Assembly: GCF_036365525.1 (NCBI RefSeq)
Contig: NC_090416.1
Location: 16,836,945-16,900,944 of the forward strand
Direction of reading: 5' to 3'
DNA: 64,000 nt
DNA from: Heterodontus francisci
Taxonomy: Eukaryota
The notes beneath the pieces are model-generated. The model was given only the letters and a program-made list of their open reading frames with translations. It searched no databases and was not told the origin of the DNA. Both the position numbers and the translations under genes were made by a program. This document shows, piece after piece, positions 12,880 to 23,632 of the stretch (its first letter is position 1; each line of letters opens with the position of its first letter).

Positions 12880-14208
12880 CTGTGTGTGTGAGAGACAGGG
12901 TGGAAGAAAGGAATCTCACTGTTAGTATCAATCATTTTTTCTAAAAGGCACATCCAGAATTAGTAACACATACGATAATTTAAAACAAACATTTAACTTG
13001 ACTTCAGACTTAGGTAGAGACAGTAAATAATATAATAGCCTGAGTGTTTCCAGCACTCGATTTCAGATTTCCAGCATCTGCAGGATTTTGCTTTGATTGG
13101 ATTAAAATTAAATATTTAGTCCAATCTTAACTCCCTGTCAATTGAGAGCTGGACTTGTACATGGATTCGAGACATTCAATATAAATTAATTAACTGAATA
13201 TTAAATACAACAGACAATATCGAATTGTTTAAAATTCAGGGGCAGATTAAAATCAAAAGTTTAAAAATTGAGGAAGTTTCACATTTCGGATAGGCTGTAC
13301 TGGAGGTCTTATGGAGGTGCTCGGAGGATGTATTGGGAGTAACTCAACCTCCCAGATCCACACTCAGAGTTCGGTGATCACCTCACCAGGAAAAATTCTT
13401 TATTTAAATAAAAAAGGTTTTAAAAGTAATAAAGTTCGGGGCGGTTTCCATTTAGAAAGTAGGTTAGACACTTCACATGAAGGAATGACAGCCGGAAGGA
13501 GGGGGCTGGGAAGGGAGACGGGGTCTGGGGGGTAGAGGGACCGGGTGCATTAGGAACAGACAAGATGGGGGTGCGCAGAATGAGGCCATTCGGTCCATCG
13601 AGTCCGTGCCGCAGCCTAATCCACCTCCCAACTTTGGGAGTCTTTTTTTGAGGTGGGGGAGGGGGTGCTAGTGTCAAACTCGACCCCCTTTGAGTGTGAG
13701 TAAAATTCCTGTTTGTAAATCTTCCAGCAACACCCGGGGCAGGCTCGCTATTTATACAACAGTGCAGCGAATAGACGGAGAAGTCCACACCTGCACACTG
13801 CAGACCTGGCCGAACAGACTCGAGGGGCTGAATGGCCTTTCTCCCCTGTTCATTCTGCATTTTTTTTTGCCAATGGAGTTTTTCCTCGGTTCTGAGGAAA
13901 GGTCAGAGACCCGAAACTGTTCACCGTTTCTCCCTCTCTCCGCAGAGGCTGCCCAGACCTGCTGAGTATTTCCAGCATCTTCTGTTTTTTTTATTTCAGA
14001 TTTCCAGCATCCGCAATTGTTTTGCTGCTATTTTAGTGTTTATTTTTCTACCCTCCAGAATCCAAATTCCCAGCACTGAATCAGTGGACAGAAAAATAAA
14101 AATCTGACCCAATTTGTTTTCACCGTTATCAGGGCAGATCCGATTCTGCAACAATAAATGAATAAATAATTGAAACAATATGAATGATAGGATGAGGGAG
14201 TTACTTAC

Positions 14209-14245
14209 TCCGTAAACTCAGGGCGGTCCCAGGTCCGAAGGTAAA
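14209..14245 (-). CDS. Ig light chain J segment, cluster 1 (FTFGPGTALSLR)
   Basis: FGxG motif; followed on the minus strand by donor GTAAGT and preceded by a 23-bp-spacer RSS. Confidence 0.96.
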
Positions 14246-14284
14246 CACAGTGCAGTGTTTTAATGGGACGGGTCACCTAAAACC
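14246..14284 (-). promoter_or_regulatory. J recombination signal sequence, 23-bp spacer, cluster 1
   Basis: Read on + strand: CACAGTG (14246-14252), 23 nt, CCTAAAACC (14276-14284; 7/9 match to ACAAAAACC). Confidence 0.92.
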
Positions 14285-14599
14285 CAGGCTGGGAAGAAAG
14301 AGGGGAAAATATTAATAATCTGTCCTTTATTACATTCCCTTTCACATTCTGCCTTTCACAGGGGCCGGAATGCTGAGAGTCTGGAGAAAGATTTTCACAT
14401 ATCAGTGAGGAAACCTTGAGAATATCAGTGTTTACCTACCCAGCTAATAGCCCAAATATTGGGGAAAATCCAAATAAACCCATGGAATTCCAGTGAGATT
14501 TTCCACAAGTTACATATGGAATATTTCTGAAACTCATTCCACAATCTCAGGCAGGAATATTTCAGTAGCTGTTGGAATTCTGAGTGGTTCTGTTGGTGC

Positions 14600-14627
14600 A
14601 GTTTTTGTATTGCCCTGTCTCACTGTG
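14600..14627 (-). promoter_or_regulatory. V recombination signal sequence, 12-bp spacer, cluster 1
   Basis: Minus strand: CACAGTG, 12 nt, ACAAAAACT directly after the V coding end. Confidence 0.95.
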
Positions 14628-14956
14628 TATATAGCCTGCTGAGCTATCCCAGGCAGCACAGTAATAGACGGCGGAGTCTCCCGGTTCCAAGCTGCCGATG
14701 GTCAGAATGTGACTGTTACTGGAGGTGTCTCTGGAAGGTTTAAAACGGTCCGTGAAGCCGGTGCCTCGATAGATGCTACCATCTGTATAGTGGGCTAACA
14801 CCCACACCGGAGCATCCCCGGGTCTCTGTCGGTACCAGCTCATGTGGTAACTGCCCACATTGCCGTTCTGCATCGCACACTTTAACTCGGAGGTCTCACC
14901 GGCGGAGACTGGGTCTGAAATTGGGGTCTGATTGAGGACAGGAACCGCCAGGACAC
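14628..14956 (-). CDS. Ig light chain V exon (sigma-cart/type I), cluster 1, unrearranged
   Basis: Acceptor ttgaag|GT GTC; VPVLNQTP...LKC...WYRQRPG...DRF...LTIGSLEPGDSAVYYCAAWDSSAGYI, open up to the RSS12. Confidence 0.97.
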
Positions 14957-15118
14957 CTTCAACACAAAACACAAGAGAGAGAGAAACACATTCAGTTTAT
15001 TGGAGCAAAAAAACACACTGATAAATAAACAGGCCGGGCTACCAAATCCCTTTGCTTCCTAATCTAATGGTTGACAAATGAATAATTGAGTAACGTTCTG
15101 TTAACATAAGTCTCTCAC

Positions 15119-15167
15119 CTGTTAAATGGAGTAGCAGGGTCCCCAGGAGATACATTACTGCAGCCAT
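15119..15167 (-). CDS. Ig light chain leader exon, cluster 1 (MAAVMYLLGTLLLHLT-G)
   Basis: 49-nt ATG exon encoding a hydrophobic signal peptide; phase-1 donor ACAG|GTGAGA matches the V acceptor. Confidence 0.92.
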
Positions 15168-15272
15168 TCCCTCCGGGGGGGAAAAAAACCCGTGAAGAAT
15201 TAGAGAGCAGGGTTTTACTGTAATTCCAGAAAGTGGATCCAGTTACAGTGCCGGACAAGGTGAGACCAGTAT

Positions 15273-15297
15273 CTATTATATGAACCTGTATGCAAAT
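15273..15297 (-). promoter_or_regulatory. IgL V promoter: octamer ATTTGCAT and TATA-like TATAAT, cluster 1
   Basis: ATGCAAAT at 15290-15297 on + (ATTTGCAT on the coding strand, the light-chain orientation), ~120 bp upstream of the leader ATG. Confidence 0.88.
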
Positions 15298-16288
15298 ACA
15301 GGGAGGGTTGAGAGGAGCAGGGGCGGCGGGGGTGGGGGGCGGGGGGTGGGGGGGGGGCGGGGGTGGACCAGACCAGATTTTTTTTATTGAGCCTCTATTG
15401 GTCCCCAATTAAACATTTCCATGTATTTATTTCCACCGAGTTGAGGGTTAATTCACAATAATTTCTGATTTTAACCCCCCCCCCCCCTTCTCATGTCAAG
15501 AGTGTGAGATTTAAAAGAACAACTGTAGAAATTGCACATTTTATCCCAGATGGACAAAGACAAAAGCCCTTCAGAATCCAGTGCCTTAAATTCATCCAGA
15601 ACAAGTTTAACCCAGCGATCGTTAAGTATTTGTTTTTTTTAAATATTTGGGTCTGCAATGTGTACTTAAACACATATCTTTATATCCAACACGCTGGTGT
15701 TTGCAACAAAGCAGTTCATTGGAAGGATTGGAATGGAAGAGATTGACTGGACTGCTTCTCTCAGCTGCTCTTTTTTCCTATCCGCCACTGTACAAGTGCA
15801 CTGCTTGTCCTGGCGTTTGAGCCGAGTGTAGGGTCAAAACACTCGTTTCTCACTCAGGCCGACGTTCAGAAACAGCCAGAATCAACTCCAATATCCGTTT
15901 TAATTGGTAATGCAACGAGGAGTGAGATTCTGACCGGGCAAGCTGACTGCTCGGCTAGTTTCTGTGTTGTGTCCGGATCCTGTGTTCAGTCCAGTTTCAA
16001 TGAAATGTGTTTTCCTGCTGCAACAGTTCCTGCCCTGACTTTTTTTTGTTGCAACTAAACCACATGTATCGGAACCTCAGTCCCAGGAATACATTTGTTT
16101 TAACATTCCATTTCAGATGTTTTATGTCAATCACTCGATGCCAAGGGAAAACTTGCAACAAGTAGCTGGTGAGAGGAGTTAGTTTCTTTAAAATGAATAT
16201 TTTCTATCTTTATTTTAAATTCACTTCATGGGATATGGGCATCACTTGGCCCTGCCCGCATTTATTGCCCATCCCTTATTCCCGTTGA

Positions 16289-16642
16289 GGGCGGCACAGT
16301 GGCGCAGTGGTTAGCACTGCAGCCTCACAGCTCCAGGAACCCGGGTTCGATTCCGGGTACTGCCGGTGAGGAGTTTGCAAGTTCTCCCTGTGTCTGCGTG
16401 GATTTTCTCCGGGTGCTCCGGTTTCCTCCCACAAGTCAAAAGACTTGCAGGTTGATAGGTAAATTGGCCATTATAAATTGTCACTAATATAGGTAGGTGG
16501 TAGGGTAATATAGGGACAGGTGGGGATGTTTGGTGGGAATATGGGATTAGTGTAGGATTAGTATAAATGGGTGGTTGATGTTCGGCACAGACTCGGTGGG
16601 CCGAAGGGACTGTTTCATTGCTGTATCTCTAATCTAATCTAA
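16289..16642 (+). mobile_element. tRNA-derived V-SINE (HE1-like), full length
   Basis: A-box TGGCGCAGTGG, B-box GGTTCGATTCC, V-domain-like ttctccctgtgtctgcgtgg...ccggtttcctcccac, (TAATC)n tail; absent at the orthologous site ~32635. Confidence 0.88.
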
Positions 16643-17656
16643 AGGTGGTGGTGGAGTCGCCTTCTTGAACTGCTACAGTGCAGTGGTTTTTGTACAACAG
16701 AACTGAGGGCAGTTAAGTGTCAACCACATTGCCGTGGGTCTGGAGTCACTAGTCGGCCAGACCAGGTGAGGACGGCAGATTTCCTCCCCTAAAAGGACAT
16801 TTGTGAACCAGATGGTTTTTTGTTAAGGAACATTCAATTTATGGTCACCATTACTGAGACTAGGTTTCAATTCCAATTTTTCTTTTAATTAATTAGTTGA
16901 ATTTAAATTCCATGGTGGGATTTGAACTCGTGTCTCCAGAGCGTTATCCTGGGTCTCTGGATTAGTAATATCTAGTGACATTACTACTACTCCACCTTGT
17001 GATGGATCAATATTAATTCTAGAAATGTGATAGGATTTGAGCCAGTGAAAGGGGGAAGGTGGGAAGAAGAACAGCAGGGAAGGTCTGTGACAGGGGTGGA
17101 GGGCAGGAGAGATTAAATGACAGAAAGGGTGTCAAGGTGCAAAGCCAAAGGGAGTGGTAATGAGAGATGTGTCTGGAGGAGGTGTGAATGGCAGGATCAG
17201 AACACAAGGTAAAGGAAATAAGAGGTCAACAAGAGAGATAAACTAACAAATCAGCAAAGAAAAGGGCAACAAAAATGAGGGCGGGGTGGGGGGGGGTTAC
17301 AAACTAAAATTGTTGAATTCAGTGTTGAGTCTGGAAGGTTGTAGAGTGCCCAGTCGAAAGATGAGGTGCTGTTCCTGCAGTTAGCCTCCGATTACTGACG
17401 TGTTCAGTCAAGTCAGTGTCGACTAGCTGCCCCCTAGACAGAGAATTTGACCCCTCCACCACTAAAAATCCATTTCTGATTGGTCTCCACAGCAGAAACA
17501 GACCCATCTCCCTCCCCTCCCACCAGCAGATTCTCTGGGTCATTTTCAACTAACCCTAACCTGCATTACTATAGAGATCTCAGGATGTCCTAAAGACAGA
17601 CAAATAAACACCTGTTTTGAAGTCTGGTCATTGTAACATCGTAACCCAATGCACAA

Positions 17657-17803
17657 TGGAAATAAATATTTGGAAATGATTAATTAGGGACAAATATATT
17701 TTTAATAAAGTGTTTTCCCCTGCTCCCCTTGACCCCCTCCCTGTATTTGCATATTGACTAATATATAGATACTAGTCTTCTCCGGGTTCCCGGAGTTACA
17801 GTA
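17657..17803 (+). promoter_or_regulatory. Inverted paralogue of the IgL V promoter (octamer 17745-17752), copy B
   Basis: Same sequence as copy A; ~2.45 kb upstream of the V1 octamer, divergent orientation. Confidence 0.7.
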
Positions 17804-18909
17804 ATCTTGTTGAAGTGAAAGCACAATTGCTAAATGTGTGAGAAGCTGAACTCAGCTTTGCCCATGTAGCTGAATGGAGAGTGCACACATGTAGTTAAAT
17901 GGAGTCATCCACGTATGTAGTTAAATGGAGTGGGCCAGTGTGCAGTAAAATGGGGTTGTGCACGTCTAATGGAAAGCAGTTCAGCACCTCTAGGTTCATA
18001 GAATCTCTCACTTTGCACAGCAGATGTCACATGGCTGCAGCTTTGCCCAGGGAGCCTACCCGGTTCACAGAGGATAGGCCAGGTGTTAAAGCAAGAGCAT
18101 TTGGTGTTGCCTATTGAAGCTTGCACAATGGTTAAAGGAAAATACAATTAAAGTTCACAAGATGGGAATCTTGTAAAGTGTCAGCCATGGCCTCGTGGGT
18201 TCAAGTCCCAATCCAGAGACTTGAGCACAAAAAACAGTCTCACATTCGCCGTGTAGTACTGAGGGTGTGCTGCACTCTCGGAGGGTCAATACTGAGGGAG
18301 TGCTGCACCGTCGGAGGGTCAGTATTGAGGGAGTGCTGCACTGTTGGAGGTTCAGTACTGAGGGAGTGCTGCACTGTCAGAGGGTCAGTACTGAGGGAGC
18401 GCTGCACTGTCGGTGGATCAGTACTGAGTGAGTGCCGCACTCAGAGGGTCAGTACTGAGGGAGTGCTGCATTGTCAGAGGGTCAGTACTGAGGGAGTGCT
18501 GAACTGTCGGAGGGTCAGTCCTGAGGGAATGCTGCACTGTCGGAGGGTCAGTACTGAGGGAGTGCTGCACTGTTGGAGGTTCAGTACTGAGGGAGTGCTG
18601 CAGTGTCAGAGGGTCAGCACTGAGGGAGTGCTGCACTGTCTGAGGTGCCATATTCACAAGTCCCCCTCAGGTGGACATTATCGATCCCATGACTCTATTT
18701 GAAGGAGAGCAGGTGTCCTGGACAAGATATATTCCAACATTAACACCTAAAACTGTAACTGGTCATTATCACATTGTTATTTGTGGGAGCTTGCTGTGTA
18801 AATGACTGACAGATTTCCTGCATTTCAACAGTGACTACACTTCAAAACACACTTCAAAAGTACGTCATAAGATGTAAACCACTTTGGGGCAGCCTAGTGA
18901 TCAGACCTC

Positions 18910-19218
18910 TCTGTCTCTCCATCTGTCTATCTGTCCATGTATCTGACCACCCATCNNNNNNNNNNNNNNNNNNNNNNNNNNNNNNNNNNNNNNNNNNNNN
19001 NNNNNNNNNNNNNNNNNNNNNNNNNNNNNNNNNNNNNNNNNNNNNNNNNNNNNNNNNNNNNNNNNNNNNNNNNNNNNNNNNNNNNNNNNNNNNNNNNNNN
19101 NNNNNNNNNNNNCTGACCATCTTTCTATCTATCCATCTATCTATCTATCCATCTAACTGTCCGTCTCTTGCGATCTGTCTATCTATCTGTCCATCCATCG
19201 ATCTATCTATCTGACTGA

Positions 19219-19272
<54 letters not shown>

Positions 19273-19306
19273 GTCTATCTATCTATCTGTCTATCGATCG
19301 ATCTAT
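18910..19306. repeat. (TCTA/TCTG/TCCA)n microsatellite flanking the CR1 (partly N); equivalents at 2175-2749, 7076-7288, 23633-23847, 35790-36715, 41206-41416
   Basis: Tetranucleotide repeats on both sides of each CR1 copy; assembly gaps fall inside them. Confidence 0.9.
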
Positions 19307-22300
19307 CTCGGAGGGCGGAGTTCCAGACCGGGAAGTCTAAAAAACTGACTTCGGGGATTCTCGGACAGCCTCGGAGGGCGGAATTAACCTCGGGGATTCT
19401 CGGACAGACTCGGAGGGCGGAGTGAACCTCGGGGATTCTCGGACAGACTCGGAGGGCGGAGTGAACCTCGGGGATTCTGGGACAGACTCGGAGGGCGGTG
19501 TTCACCTCGATGGGTCGAAGGGCCTGTTTCAGTGCTGTATCTCTAAATAAAAAATAAAAATAAATAAAATAATATTTATAGTCGAAATCTAGCACTGGGG
19601 ACCATATCGTTTATTATAACAATTTAGTAAGGATTTAATAAGTATTTATTTTATATTAATTAACTAATTAGTGATAGAAATGTCAGTTAAAGGGGTGAAG
19701 TGCTTCACCTGTGAGATGTGGGAAGTCCGTGACACTTCCAGCATTCCGGGCGACTCCGCCTGCAGGAAGTTTACCCAGTTGCAGCTCCTCACAGACCACA
19801 TGGATCGGTTGGAGCGGCAACTGGATGCACTTAGGAGCATGCAGGTGGCAGAGAGCGTCATCGACAGGAGTTTTAGAGAAGTGGTTACACCCAAGGTGCA
19901 GGCAGATAGATGGGTGACCGCTAGAAGGGGCAGGCAGTCAGTGCAGGAATCCCCTGTGGCTATCCCCCTCTCTAACAAGTATACAGTTTTGGATACTGTT
20001 GGGGGGGATGGCCTATCAGGGGAAAACAACAGCAGCAGCCAGAGCAGTGGCACCACGTCTATCACTGTTGTTCAGCAGGGAGGGACAAAGCGCAGAAGAG
20101 CAATAGTTATAGGGGACTCTGTAGTCAGGGGCACAGATAGGCGCTTCTGAGGACGTGAAATAGACTCCAGGATGGTATGTTGCCTACCTGGTGCCAGGGT
20201 CAATGATGTCTCTGAACGGACAGGGGGCATTCTGAAGGGCGAGGGTGAACAGCCAGAGGTTGTGGTACACATCGGTACCAATGACATAGGCAGGAAGAGT
20301 GATGAGGTCCTGCAGGGGGAGTTTAGGGAGTTAGGTAGAAAGTTAAAAAAACAGGATTCTGGGGTTGTAATCTCTGGATTAGTCCCTGTGCCACGTGCCA
20401 GAGAGGCTAGAAATAGGAAGATAGTGCAGCTAAACACGTGGCTAAACAGCTGGTGTAGAAGGGAGGGTTTCAGATATCTGGACCATTGGGCTCTCTTCAG
20501 GGACAGATGGGACCTGTACAAGAAGGACGGGTTGCATCTAAACTGGAGGGGCACTAATATCCTGGCTGCAAAGTTTGCTAGCGTCACTCGGGAGGGTTTA
20601 AACTAGTGTGGCAGGGGGATGGGAACCAGAACAGTGGGACAGCTAGAAAAATAAATGTGGAGGACATAGTAAATAAGGCCATTAAGACTAAGTGGAAGAG
20701 CAGGCAGGGAGATGTTGCTGAGCACAGCGGGACTGGTGCTCTGAAGTGCATTTCTTTCAATGCGAGAAGTATAACAGGTAAGGCAGATGAACTTAGAGCT
20801 TGGATTAGTACTTGGAAATATGATGTTGTTGCTATTACAGAGACTTGGTTGAGGGAAGGGCAGGATTGGCAGCTAAATGTTCCAGGCTTTAGAAGCTTCA
20901 GGCGGGATAGAGGGGGATGTAAAAGGGATGGGGGAGTTGCATAACTGGTTAAGGAGATTATCACAGCTGTATTGCGGGAGGACACCTCAGAGGGGTCATG
21001 CAGCGAGGCAATATGGGTGGAGCTCAGGAATAGGAAGGGTGCAGTCACGATGTTGGGGGTTTACTACAGGCCTCCCAACAGCCAGCGGGAGGTAGAGGAG
21101 GAGATCAGTGGACAGATTTTGGAAAGATGTAAAGGTAACAGGGTTGTGGTGGTGGGTGATTTTAACTTCCCCTATATTGACTGGCACTCACTTAGTGCTA
21201 GGGGCTTGGATGGGGCAGAATTTGTGAGGAGCATCCAGGAGGGCTTCTTGAAACAGTATGTAGATAGTCCAACTAGGGATAGGGCCATTCTGGACCTGGT
21301 ATTGGAGAATGAGCCCGGCCAGGTGGTCGAAGTTTCAGTGGGGGAACATTTCGGGAGCAGTGACCATTATTCCATATGTTTTAAGGTACTTGTGGATAAG
21401 GATAAGAGTAGTCCTCGGGTGAAGGTGCTAAATTGGAGGAAGGCTAATTATAACAATATTAGGCAGGAATTGAAGAATTTAGATTGGGGGGCGGCTGTTT
21501 GAGGGTAAATCAACATCTGACATGTGGGAGTCTTTCAAACGTCAGCTGATTAGAATCCAGGACCAGCATGTTCCTGTGAGCAAGAAAGACAAGTTTGGCA
21601 TGTTTCGGGAAATTTGGATAACACTGTATATTGTGAGCACAGTCAAAAAGAAAAAGGAAGCATTTGTAAGGGCTGGAAGGTTAGGAACAGACGAAGCACT
21701 TGAGGAATATAAAGACAGTGGGAAGGAACTTAAGCAAGGAGTTAGGAGGGCTAAAAGGGGTCATAAAAAGTCATTGGCAAACAGGATTAAGGAGAATCCC
21801 AAGGCTTTTTATACATATATAAAGAGCAAGAGGGTAACCAGGGAAAGGGTTGGCCCACTCAAGGATAGAGATGGGAATCTATGTGTGGAGCCAGAGGAAA
21901 TGGGCGAGGTGCTAAATGAGTACTTTGCATCAGTATTCACCAAAGAGAAGGACTTGGTGGATGATGAGCCTAGGGAAGGGAGTGCAGATAGTCTCAGTCA
22001 TGTCATTATTAAAAAGGAGGAGGTGTTGGGTGTTTTGCAAAGCATTAAGGTAGATAAGTCCCCAGGGCCTGATGGGATCTACCCTAGAATACTGAGGGAG
22101 GCAAGGGAAGAAATTGATGGGTTCTTGTCAGAAATCTTTGCGTCATTTTTGGCTACAGGTGAGGCCCCAGAGGACTGGAGAATAGCCAATGCTGTTCCTT
22201 TGTTTAAGAAGGGTGGCAAGGATAATCCAGGAAATTATAGGCCGGTGAGCCTTCCGTCAGTGGTAGGGAAACTATTAAAGAGGATTATTCGGGACAGGAT

Positions 22301-23632
22301 TTACTCCCATTTGGAAACAAACGAACTTATTAGCGAGAGACAGCATGGTTTTGTGAAGTGGAGGTTGTGTCTTACTAATTTGATTGAGTTTTTTGAGGAA
22401 GTGACGAAGATGATTGATGAAGGAAGGGCAGTGGATGTTATCTATATGGATTTTATTAAAGCCTTTGAGAAGGTCCCGCATGGCAGACTGGTACAAAAGG
22501 TAATGTCACATGGGATCAGATGTGAGCTGGCAAGATGGATACAGAACTGGCTCGGTCATAGAAGACAGAGGGTATCAGTGGATGGGTGTTTTTCTGAATG
22601 GAGGGATGTGACTAGTGGTGTTCCGCAGGGATCAGTGCTGGGACCTTTGCTGTTTGTAGTATATATAAATGATTTGGAGGAAAATGTAGCTGGTCTGATT
22701 AGTAAGTTGGCGGACGACACAAAGGTTGGTGAAGTTGCGGATAATGATGAGGATTGTCAGAGGATACAGCAGGATATAGATCGGTTGGAGACTTGGGCGG
22801 AGAAATGGCAGATGGAGTTTAATCTGGACAAATGTGAGGTAATGCATTTTGAAAGGACTAATGCAGGTGGGAGGTATACAGTAAATGGCAGAACCCTTGG
22901 GAGTATTGACAGACAGAGAGATCTGGGCGTACAGGTCCACAGGTCACTGAAAGTGGCAACGCAGGTGGATAAGGTAGTCAAGAAGGCATACGGCATGCTT
23001 TCCATCATTGGTCGGGGCATAGAGTATAAAAATTGGCAAGTCATGTTGCAGCTGTACAGAACCTTAGTCAGGCCACACTGAGAATATTGCGTGCAATTCT
23101 GGTCGCCACACTACCAGAAGGACGTGGAGGCTTTGGAGAGGGTACAGAAGAGGTTTACGGATGTTGCCTGGTCTGGAGGGCATTAACTATGAGGAGAGGT
23201 TGGAAAAAGTCGGATTGTTTTCACTGGGACGACGGAGGTGGAGGGGCGACATGATAGAGGTTTACAAAGTTATGAGTGGCATGGCCAGAGTGGATAGTCA
23301 GAAGCTTTTTCCCAGGGTGGAAGAGTCAGATACTAGGGGACACAGGTTTAAGGTGCAAGGGGCAAAGTTTAGAGGGGATGTGCGAGGCAAGTTTTATACA
23401 CAGAGGGTGGTGAGTGCCTGTAACGTGCTGCCAGGGGAGGTGGTGGAAGCAGATACGATAGCGACGTTTAAGTGACATCTTGACAAATACATGAATAGGA
23501 AGGGAATAGAGGGATATGGCCCCGGAAGTGCAGAAGGTGTTAGATTAGGCAGGTATCAAGATCGGTGCAGGCTTGGAGGGCCGAATGGCCTGTTCCTGTG
23601 TGGTACTGTTCTTTGTTCTTGTTCTTTGTTCT
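19307..23632 (+). mobile_element. Full-length decayed CR1-clade LINE, copy 2
   Basis: Orthologous position in the next repeat unit; same structure. Confidence 0.93.

Noticed and set aside
16289-16360. tRNA-like sequence
   Set aside because: It is the tRNA-derived head of a SINE, not a tRNA gene.
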